From assembly GCF_034039665.1 (NCBI RefSeq), contig NZ_CP120131.1, positions 2,014,499 through 2,038,498 on the forward strand: a stretch of 24,000 nucleotides of DNA, in the 5' to 3' direction. The stretch's first letter is position 1. Each line of letters opens with the position of its first letter. The stretch is from Mammaliicoccus sp. Dog046. GTDB lineage: Bacteria; Bacillota; Bacilli; Staphylococcales; Staphylococcaceae. Below, piece by piece: positions 7,944 to 14,381 of this stretch. The notes under the pieces were generated by a model. It was not told where the DNA came from. It made no database searches and worked only from the letters and a program-made list of their open reading frames with translations. The position numbers and the translations under genes are program-made.

Positions 7944-8498
7944 TTATTTCATCCATGCTTCTGTTGTAATTACATCACCATATCTAGTTAATATATTATC
8001 CACTAAAAAGTCATGTGTTTCCGCATCTCTATCTGCTGCTGCATCCTTCAATACTGTTAACGTGTAATCTTTATCAAAAGCTTCAACTGCAGTAGATAAT
8101 ACAACACCACTCGTTGCTATACCAGTTAGAACGAGATGATCAACTTGTAGTCCACTTAATAAAACATCGAGATTACTACCAGTAAAAGCACTAATTCTCT
8201 GTTTAGTAACAATAAGATCATCTGATTCAATATCAAGCCCATTAACAATCTGAGCAGCTTCATCATTTGTCGTCATAGCAATACCACTTGTTTTCATTTT
8301 AGAAAACAATATATTGTTTGGAGAAACCTCACTGAAATTTTTAGAGAAAGCAAGTCGAACAAATAAAATAGGAATATTCGCCTCCCTAGCCTTTGCTATC
8401 GCTTCATTCGTTGTCTTCACTAGCTCATCTAATCCAGGATATGATCCTGCAATACCATTTTGCATATCCATAATTAAAAGCGCGGTATTCTGTTCCAT
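7944..8498 (-). CDS. isochorismatase-family hydrolase lacking the nucleophile cysteine
   Basis: ALLIMDMQN (Asp) and IVTKQRISAF (Lys) motifs are present. The usual G.AT..CV..T reads GIATSGVVLST and the protein has no Cys at all. ATG at 8498 is preferred over the track's TTG at 8516 (GAAGGA RBS). The gap to the MFS gene is about 20 nt. Confidence 0.8.
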   Translation of the reverse strand: MEQNTALLIMDMQNGIAGSYPGLDELVKTTNEAIAKAREANIPILFVRLAFSKNFSEVSPNNILFSKMKTSGIAMTTNDEAAQIVNGLDIESDDLIVTKQRISAFTGSNLDVLLSGLQVDHLVLTGIATSGVVLSTAVEAFDKDYTLTVLKDAAADRDAETHDFLVDNILTRYGDVITTEAWMK

Positions 8499-8603
8499 TC
8501 CAATTCCTTCTTTCAAATGTTTAATTATTCAAGTATCGTATCATAACTAGGGTGAAATAAGTAGCTTTAATTATTGGAGGGGAACTTAATTTAAAATGAG
8601 ACG

Positions 8604-8642
8604 TAAAAAAAGAGATTAAACAAAGTAAGTTGTTTAATCTCT
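8604..8642 (-). terminator. rho-independent terminator of the toxin-antitoxin operon
   Basis: Perfect 12-bp stem AGAGATTAAACA/TGTTTAATCTCT with T7 on the minus strand. Confidence 0.7.
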
Positions 8643-8690
8643 TTAGTCGTTATCTTTATCTTAGAGATGCATTACACAAATAAATGAAAT

Positions 8691-9047
8691 TTATTCATAG
8701 AAACCTAATTCAATCAATCGATTTTCTACAATTTGTATATCTATTTTTTGTGCTTTTGCAATATGTGTAGCTTTAATGAATACATTTATATCTCTAATTA
8801 ACAAAGGAACTTCTATATTTATATACGAGGGTTTTGAAAATCCATACATTCTCCAATTTAATAGAGGCGGTCTATATTTTCTTTGATGTGGTTCACCCTT
8901 TACAGTAGTTATTCGAAAGAAATAAACTTCATTCTCTCCTCTTTCCACTATAAAAATTGGTCTCTTTTTTGACTCACCTTTATTTTCTGGCTCATCAAAG
9001 AATACGATACACCAATGCATATCTCCACGTTCGTATATATTATCCAT
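8691..9047 (-). CDS. putative PemK/MazF-fold toxin (118 aa)
   Basis: The N-terminus ERGDMHWCIVFFDEPENKGESKKRPIFIV follows the MazF pattern RGD.....F.......E..K.RP..[IV][IV]. The C-terminal half is collinear with MazF. The start overlaps the upstream gene by 8 nt. Confidence 0.5.
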   Translation of the reverse strand: MDNIYERGDMHWCIVFFDEPENKGESKKRPIFIVERGENEVYFFRITTVKGEPHQRKYRPPLLNWRMYGFSKPSYINIEVPLLIRDINVFIKATHIAKAQKIDIQIVENRLIELGFYE

Positions 9048-9204
9048 TATACCAATCTACATCCGCGGGATTGTTTTTATCTAATTTGATTCTTCCGTTA
9101 ACTTCATTAACTCGTATTGCTGTTTTTTTCAATTTTTTCAAATCTAATTTACGTGGTTCTTTTTTTGTATATATACCTATATTTCTACTTTTTGTTATAT
9201 GCAT
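9040..9204 (-). CDS. putative cognate antitoxin (54 aa)
   Basis: ATG at 9204 lies 8 nt after GGAG; the track's TTG at 9228 has no RBS. Small basic protein. IRVNEVNGRIKLD is reminiscent of AbrB/MazE swapped-hairpin antitoxins. ATGGATAA overlap with the toxin start. Confidence 0.45.
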   Translation of the reverse strand: MHITKSRNIGIYTKKEPRKLDLKKLKKTAIRVNEVNGRIKLDKNNPADVDWYNG

Positions 9205-9577
9205 TTCACCATCTCCTTTCAATAGCAAAACGATATAGACTTTCCTTTGTTACTATCAAATTCACTAACTACACAAATAAATGTTTTATACTATTACTCT
9301 TCCTACCTTTTTAAATTTAGGAATTACACACATTAATGTTGGAAAAGATTTTTAAATAGTTAATTACCTTATTTAATACGTATTCTACCCTATCAATAAT
9401 TTCATTTGTTATTTATTGATATTTTTAGTTTGTGTTCCAACTACCGTATAAATAGCCATCTTGATAAAGTAATAGTTATTATAAATATACCCTCTCTTTT
9501 TTTCTTTTACAACAATTATGTTATTTGATTACCTGATTAAATTAGTCAATTCAAATATCTAGTTTTACCTATCCATT

Positions 9578-9608
9578 AAAAAAATACCTCACTTAATTGT
9601 GAGGTATT
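9578..9608 (-). terminator. rho-independent terminator of the lipoprotein gene
   Basis: AATACCTCAC/GTGAGGTATT stem with T7 on the minus strand, 6 nt after the stop codon. Confidence 0.7.
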
Positions 9609-9613
9609 CTGTA

Positions 9614-10180
9614 TTATTCAGCTTCCATTTCTTTATCCATTTTTTCTTGTGCCTCAGGACTTACACATCCACCAACAGTACAAAATGATCCATCTGGTTT
9701 ATAATAACCCATCGCATCCCCACCACCTTGTGCTTGAACATATTCATTTCCTTCATTATCTACTTGGCCATTAACATCTTGACCATTTCTAAATTGTTCT
9801 GCAACTTCATCTTTACTAGGTTTCTGTTGCACTGGTTCTTGTACACTCTGCTCAACTGGTTGTTGATCCTGTGCTGGCTGTTCTATAGATTGTGTTTCTT
9901 GAACTGCTTGTTCGTTTGTAACAACTTCGTTCGTATTTACTTCTTGAGTACTTTGAACTTCTTGTGTATTTTGAACTTCTTCAGTCGCTTGTTCTTTTGA
10001 TTTTACTTCAGCTTTTTTAGTTGATTCTTTCTTGCCAGTATCTTTCTTTTTATCTGACTTCTCTTTCTTAATTTCTTTCATTGTATCTTTAGTATCATTT
10101 TTTGATGGTGTTTCCTCTTTTTGACCACATGCACCTAATACCAATAACGAAACAAATAATAAAACAAATAACTTTTTCAT
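9614..10180 (-). CDS. lipoprotein with a low-complexity K/E/Q-rich linker
   Basis: Signal peptide with lipobox LLVLGAC. Short TQEVQ-type repeats. Cys-containing C-terminal globule (CTVGGC). Confidence 0.8.
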   Translation of the reverse strand: MKKLFVLLFVSLLVLGACGQKEETPSKNDTKDTMKEIKKEKSDKKKDTGKKESTKKAEVKSKEQATEEVQNTQEVQSTQEVNTNEVVTNEQAVQETQSIEQPAQDQQPVEQSVQEPVQQKPSKDEVAEQFRNGQDVNGQVDNEGNEYVQAQGGGDAMGYYKPDGSFCTVGGCVSPEAQEKMDKEMEAE

Positions 10181-10404
10181 ATTTTTATCCCCTTATAATT
10201 AAAATTAACAACATTTATTTTATTATAGACTAATTGGACGCTATAAGTATACATAATTTTATAATTACGCCAAATTTTTCATATTTTATATTTTACCAAT
10301 TAATCACTTCATGATAAGCATCATTTTTAATTATCTAGTTATATTTCAAGTTTCTTTGAAACACCTGATCTTTCAGAAGGTTTGAATATTATCGAAATCA
10401 AATA

Positions 10405-10439
10405 GAAAAAAACAACTAACATCGGGCAGACATTAGTTG
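10405..10439 (-). terminator. rho-independent terminator of yjdF
   Basis: CAACTAA/TTAGTTG stem with a GC-rich loop and T8 on the minus strand. Confidence 0.6.
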
Positions 10440-10469
10440 CTACTTCAAATTTCTTTTATACGATATTAA

Positions 10470-10877
10470 TTAATGACCTTTATGCTTTTCTTTTGCTTTG
10501 TATTTCTTGATTTTTCTTTTTCTTTCATTGAAAGCATCTCTTTTTGCCTTACTTTGCTTTTTACTTTGCTTCTTTTTTAACTCTTGCTCTTCTTTCAAAG
10601 CTAGTTGTGCTTTAGTTAAATCATTAGAAGATCTTTGTTCTTTAGCTACTTGTCTTTGTAATCTTTTAGGGTTAACTCTTTGTTTTTTCTTTTTAATGTT
10701 TACACTTGTTTTGGTATTTTCAATTAATACTAACAAATATTTTTCAATAAAATAGAGAACTTCTCCATCGTCTGGATTTGACCCAAAGGTATACTTAGCA
10801 AATTTTGATTTATTACCTTCACTATATTCAACTAAACCTATAAAAAATTGCCCATCATGAAATACAGATAGCTCCAT
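10470..10877 (-). CDS. yjdF: YjdF-family (DUF2992) protein with a highly basic C-terminal tail
   Basis: The N-terminus M.L.V.HDGQF.IG..E and the central NPKRLQRQV match B. subtilis YjdF. GAGGAGGG RBS. Confidence 0.8.
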   Translation of the reverse strand: MELSVFHDGQFFIGLVEYSEGNKSKFAKYTFGSNPDDGEVLYFIEKYLLVLIENTKTSVNIKKKKQRVNPKRLQRQVAKEQRSSNDLTKAQLALKEEQELKKKQSKKQSKAKRDAFNERKRKIKKYKAKEKHKGH

Positions 10878-11075
10878 GCTATCCCTCCTCTTATTTAATC
10901 AGAAATGATGGACGTCCTGAGGAGGAAGGTTACTTACAAAAAAACAATTTCATTTGCATTGGGACTACCAACCCAATTGTGTTTTTACATTTCTAAGACT
11001 ATTGTAACTTAAAGGAACCCTTGAATTACTAAAGAATTGTTCACTCTAAACACGTTCGTTATCCAAGGATAGGTC
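10878..11075 (-). promoter_or_regulatory. about 200-nt structured 5' leader of yjdF; candidate yjdF-motif riboswitch with an SD-sequestering helix
   Basis: CCTTCCTCCTC (10929-10919, minus) can pair with the SD GAGGAGGG (10890-10883). Upstream, an ATTGGG/CCCAAT hairpin is followed by T7. A CCTTG/CAAGG helix lies further 5'. yjdF genes are the namesake context of the yjdF RNA motif. Confidence 0.45.
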
Positions 11076-11081
11076 ACATGA

Positions 11082-11110
11082 ATTATATGAGTTAAGAATT
11101 TATAATTGAA
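11082..11110 (-). promoter_or_regulatory. sigma-A-type promoter for the yjdF leader
   Basis: Minus strand TTCAAT-17 nt-TATAAT. Overlaps the last codons of the 252-aa ORF. Confidence 0.4.
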
Positions 11111-11850
11111 GTTACATTTACCATTTGCCTTTTTTTACTTACTGTAGTTACTATAAATTCTCCTTCATCTTTCCATTCACCAGCAATAGCAATTTTAGCT
11201 TCGCGTTTTCCTATATCAAATATTTCATCTCTCAATTCAAAAAAATAATTTTCATTTTTGAAATTTACTTTTAGAGTTCTGTTGCCATAATAAAAAAACA
11301 TTACTTTTTCGTTTGTGGAATAACGATGAAAAAGAGGTACAACTACAACTTGACCCTGAAAGCCATCTAAATAGTTATTGAACACTCTACCATCAAGAAA
11401 ACAATCTCTAATTAGCATATCACCTATATAACTGTCTGGTGAGTATTGTCTACAAATTTCAGTAAAGGATCGCAAATTAGTAATTTTATTAGCTCTATCA
11501 TACTCATCTTTACTAGAACTACTACTAATATTCCTTTTATTTTGATTACTAGTTTTTATTATACCGTCAATAAAAGAATCAAAATTAAAATTTTCTCTAT
11601 CTTTATCACTATATCCACCACTTTTATCATATTTACATCCATCTTCGTGTTTATTATCTTTAAGTCTAGCACTAAATGTATTGAATTCTCTACCTTTACT
11701 AGAAATTACTAAAGTTAACTTTATACCACATCCTATACAATAATACGTTTTGTTTCTATCATTGTCATTCAAATCATAAGCATTCACTTCTTCATAGATA
11801 ATCTCATTCTTTATATCTTTACCTTTAATAACTTGCGCAGTAGTTGCCAT
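11092..11850 (-). CDS. orphan 252-aa protein with an N-terminal C-x2-C ... H-x3-C motif; function unknown
   Basis: Long ORF in a very AT-rich stretch. GAGGAGG RBS 8 nt from the ATG. YYCIGCG(28 aa)HEDGC motif. The C-terminal half looks beta-rich. I recognise no family. Confidence 0.7.
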   Translation of the reverse strand: MATTAQVIKGKDIKNEIIYEEVNAYDLNDNDRNKTYYCIGCGIKLTLVISSKGREFNTFSARLKDNKHEDGCKYDKSGGYSDKDRENFNFDSFIDGIIKTSNQNKRNISSSSSKDEYDRANKITNLRSFTEICRQYSPDSYIGDMLIRDCFLDGRVFNNYLDGFQGQVVVVPLFHRYSTNEKVMFFYYGNRTLKVNFKNENYFFELRDEIFDIGKREAKIAIAGEWKDEGEFIVTTVSKKRQMVNVTSIINS

Positions 11851-11881
11851 AAGTAACCTCCTCTTTATTGTTATTTTGATA

Positions 11882-11910
11882 ATTATCTTCTAAACCATAC
11901 ACTAATACAA
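11882..11910 (-). promoter_or_regulatory. candidate promoter of the 252-aa gene
   Basis: Minus strand TTGTAT-17 nt-GATAAT, about 30 nt upstream of the RBS. Confidence 0.35.
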
Positions 11911-11977
11911 GATGAGTTCAATAAAAATCCTATCGTTTAATTTTTATCTATGTACAAACAGACTTTTTTGTACATAA

Positions 11978-12031
11978 CTGTTAGCCAATTTAGACTAACA
12001 GCTATTACTTGAAAATGAGTAACAGTTATTA
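11978..12031. repeat. TAACAG[C/T]TATTA direct repeats (24-bp spacing) plus one inverted half-site
   Basis: TAACAGCTATTA at 11996-12007 and TAACAGTTATTA at 12020-12031. The inverted CTGTTAG at 11978-11984 forms a 7-bp hairpin with 11995-12001. Confidence 0.5.
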
Positions 12032-12478
12032 TTACATAATATCTTTTGAAAACCCTAATGATTTATTTTCAAACCCATTACTTTTATAAAAACTATGCGC
12101 ATTATCTCTTTCTTCTCTATTACCACTGTTTAAAGTGATTGCTTTGCATCCCAATTGAGTCGCTAATTTCTCTGACTCATTTAATAACATCGTTCCATAC
12201 CCTTGACCTCTGTATTTAGAATTTATAACGAATGCAAGTATGCGCATATACTCGTCATTTTTTTCATAAAACAACATTTTACACATACCACTCATACCGA
12301 TTAACACATCATCTTTTATTAAAAGTAACAAATAATAATCTTCATGACTATATATCTTTTTCAATCGATTTAATAATTCCTTTGCTACTGTTGGATAACC
12401 TAAATTTTCATATAAAACTAGCAAATCGTCTATTTTTTGAAAGTCCTTCTCTTCAAATAGCCTTATTTCTCTAGTCAT
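12032..12478 (-). CDS. GNAT-family N-acetyltransferase (148 aa)
   Basis: YRGQGYG acetyl-CoA-binding loop, and an NSG...A..FY...GF C-terminal motif typical of GNATs. Confidence 0.85.
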   Translation of the reverse strand: MTREIRLFEEKDFQKIDDLLVLYENLGYPTVAKELLNRLKKIYSHEDYYLLLLIKDDVLIGMSGMCKMLFYEKNDEYMRILAFVINSKYRGQGYGTMLLNESEKLATQLGCKAITLNSGNREERDNAHSFYKSNGFENKSLGFSKDIM

Positions 12479-12809
12479 AATATCACCTACCTATAATCTG
12501 AATTTCCTATTTGGCTTTGCTAATTTATAATAGTATAGTCTTTTTCAAAGAATCTCTATGTAGTTCTATCTTGTGTCTGTCCGGATCTGTATGATATATA
12601 GATTGTTTATCCCTTTCATTACTTATACTTGCTCGTAATATATTCACAGAATATTCTATCATAAAGAAGTGTAAAAGTTTCAATTCAACATTTAAATGAT
12701 GATTCTAACAATGAAATCCTATCAACTGATGTACAATCTACAGAAAACTGTTTGTAAACACTGATTTTCACAAATACTATTTGTTTTCTATATATTTACT
12801 ATAAAATAA

Positions 12810-12835
12810 CCCTATCTAGCGGAAACTAGGTAGGG
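12810..12835 (-). terminator. terminator of the 94/72-aa gene pair
   Basis: CCCTATCTAG/CTAGGTAGGG 10-bp stem (one G-U pair) with a T-rich tail on the minus strand. Confidence 0.55.
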
Positions 12836-12905
12836 CATAAAATTTCTATATAAATGTTAAGTAGAACTGCTGTACCATATACAAATTCACATCAAAATAT
12901 TTTCT

Positions 12906-13124
12906 TTATTTCTTTAATTTATCCATACCTTTATCAATATACTTCGAATAGTCTTTTCCACTTTTTTTCTTATACATATCATTTGCTTTGTGTAAGCCTT
13001 TTTCAAGTTGACCGTTTTTAACTAATTTATCGAATGTGTTTTTAATTTTATTTTTCACAAGTATCTCCTTTATTTCGCTCATTTTTTCGTCATAATTTGT
13101 GTAAATCGACTTATAAACTATCAA
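12906..13124 (-). CDS. hypothetical lysine-rich 72-aa protein, stop-start coupled to the upstream 94-aa gene
   Basis: ORF track. The TTG start directly abuts the upstream TAA (ATG-TAA-TTG). No independent RBS. An alternative internal ATG (MSEIKE...) has no RBS either. Confidence 0.45.
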   Translation of the reverse strand: MIVYKSIYTNYDEKMSEIKEILVKNKIKNTFDKLVKNGQLEKGLHKANDMYKKKSGKDYSKYIDKGMDKLKK

Positions 13125-13409
13125 TTACATCAATATTCTTTTTTCCACATAATTTAATAATTCTTCTTTAATTTCAATGCTATAATATGTTTCTGAGATA
13201 ATCGATGCTGCAGTTTTAGTGCTACGCTTGATAGGCATAAAATTAACATAGATAAAATTATTCATTTCTTTTAATTGTTTGATATTATTTTCAATTTCAT
13301 AATCTTTGAATTTTTTCACTATATCTCTATATAAATTTTGACAATCTTCATTTTCTAAATTAACTGACTTTAAAGTAGTATATCTATCATTAATCATCAA
13401 TGATATCAT
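13125..13409 (-). CDS. hypothetical 94-aa protein, paralogue of the 144..428 product
   Basis: AAAGGAGG RBS 7 nt from the ATG. Candidate TTGTTT-17-TAATAT promoter upstream. Same length as the 144..428 product and collinear with it. Confidence 0.65.
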   Translation of the reverse strand: MISLMINDRYTTLKSVNLENEDCQNLYRDIVKKFKDYEIENNIKQLKEMNNFIYVNFMPIKRSTKTAASIISETYYSIEIKEELLNYVEKRILM

Positions 13410-13509
13410 TGCTTTTCCTCCTTTAATTTATTGAACAAAAATACTACCTTTTATATTATGTTAATTCGTTATTTTAAACAAGGTTTTACTATTTTTACCC
13501 CCTTTCATG

Positions 13510-13593
13510 AAAACCCCCCCGCGTTGCGAAGTGTTAGACATCTCCAGTTACCCAGAAACCGTGCCACTGTCGCATTGGTAGGGGGGCATTCTG
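13510..13593 (-). ncRNA. candidate small structured RNA (unassigned family)
   Basis: The 73-nt block 13514-13586 is about 60% G+C by hand count, in a genome of about 30%. On the minus strand C6 pairs with G7, TGCGA/TCGCA and AGTG/CACT helices extend the stem, and UUUU follows. A weak TTGAAG-18-TAAAGT promoter sits just upstream. Confidence 0.35.
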
Positions 13594-13655
13594 AAAACTA
13601 CTTTACTTTTACTATTATCAATACTTCAAGTACAACTTTTATATTTTTTTATATG

Positions 13656-13675
13656 CTGTGGCAATACTGTGGCAA
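13656..13675. repeat. CTGTGGCAA direct repeat, two copies 11 bp apart
   Basis: CTGTGGCAA at 13656-13664 and at 13667-13675. Confidence 0.6.
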
Positions 13676-13684
13676 CCAAAATAA

Positions 13685-13897
13685 AAAGTCTACAACCACA
13701 AGGGTTGCAGACTGTATAATATAACAGTTCATGCATTAAGACACACTTCATATTTGTTGAGCAAATCCATACCAATCGAATACATCAGTAAAAGATTAGA
13801 TCATTCAAATATATCAATAACACTAGATGTGTACTCACATTTATTAGATGAACATAAAAAAGAGCAAGGTCAAAAAGTGAGAGAATTATTCTCTTGA
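13685..13897 (+). pseudogene. tyrosine recombinase (phage-type integrase), C-terminal ~60-residue remnant
   Basis: The frame is open only from 13685 and has no start codon. Recognisable as NITVHALRHTSYLLSKSIPIEYISKRLDHSNISITLDVYSHLLDE...ELFS*, with H-x-L-R, the second His, and the catalytic Tyr in VYSHL. Confidence 0.75.
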
Positions 13898-13949
13898 CAC
13901 TTTTTTGACACTTGCTCGATTGAAAGCCCGTGATTTCTAGGCTCAAGTA

Positions 13950-14303
13950 TGGAGACGGCGGGAGTTGAACCCGCGTCCAGAGATCCTGATACAGATGTTT
14001 CTACGTGTGTAGTCTAGTCATTAAGGTTTCGCATTCACTCAGGTGACTGACATCCTGACTGAACACTAGCTTGATTAATCTCTTCTCATCAGACTTCAAA
14101 CGGCAGTGATAAGCGTATCCTACTTAAGTTGAATCACGTTAACAGCACATAGGCGATGCTGTTAGGTGATGCAGAGTGCGATTAGGCAGCTACTGCTAAA
14201 TTATCTTGTTTGCCAGTTATTATAACTGTTGTGTTGATGACGAAGACAACCCTCCGACACGCTTCATAAGCTCGGGGACCCCTGTCGAATCCGTAACGTC
14301 CCC
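13950..14303 (-). ncRNA. ssrA: tmRNA (transfer-messenger RNA)
   Basis: 5' GGGGACGTTACGGATTCGACAGGGG at 14303 downward. 3' ...GGGTTCAACTCCCGCCGTCTCCA ends at 13950. G3-U pair in the acceptor stem. The terminal CCA is not encoded. Lies directly downstream of smpB. Confidence 0.95.
14182..14214 (-). other. tmRNA tag-peptide reading frame
   Basis: GGC AAA CAA GAT AAT TTA GCA GTA GCT GCC TAA encodes GKQDNLAVAA*. Same architecture as the S. aureus tag, which also ends in AVAA. Confidence 0.85.
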
Positions 14304-14312
14304 TCAATAAGA

Positions 14313-14341
14313 AATATACTTCTAATTAACAGAAGTATATT
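14313..14341 (-). terminator. perfect 11-bp hairpin between smpB and the tmRNA 5' end (smpB terminator/attenuator or precursor element)
   Basis: AATATACTTCT/AGAAGTATATT with a 7-nt loop, ending 9 nt before the mature tmRNA 5' end. Confidence 0.45.
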
Positions 14342-14381
14342 TAATCTTAACAATTTTTTATTGATTTATCAATATAATTGT

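Noticed and set aside
8575-8619. 7-codon ORF (MRRKKRD) downstream of a GGAGG
   Set aside because: The SD-to-ATG spacing of about 15 nt is too long, and the ORF runs into the terminator stem of the TA operon. It is most likely fortuitous.
13514-13586. tRNA or tRNA-like gene, suggested by a 73-nt block framed by a 6-7-bp G/C 'acceptor' stem
   Set aside because: On either strand there is no T-arm or GTTC-type loop near the 3' side, no D-arm, and no anticodon stem-loop at the expected spacing.
13431-13724. 97-aa plus-strand ORF (TTG start) spanning the GC-rich element
   Set aside because: It has no RBS and an implausible composition. It runs through promoter-like, repeat and hairpin sequence, so the region is better explained as non-coding.
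13730-13897. Internal frameshift within the integrase remnant
   Set aside because: Careful re-indexing shows one continuous frame (HALRHTSYLL...ELFS*). The gene is 5'-truncated, not frameshifted.
1-13950. A second copy of the tmRNA 3' end (attR) that would define the far boundary of the island
   Set aside because: I did not find one by eye anywhere in the window. It may be lost, too short to see, or beyond the left edge, so I make no boundary claim. This needs a computational repeat search.
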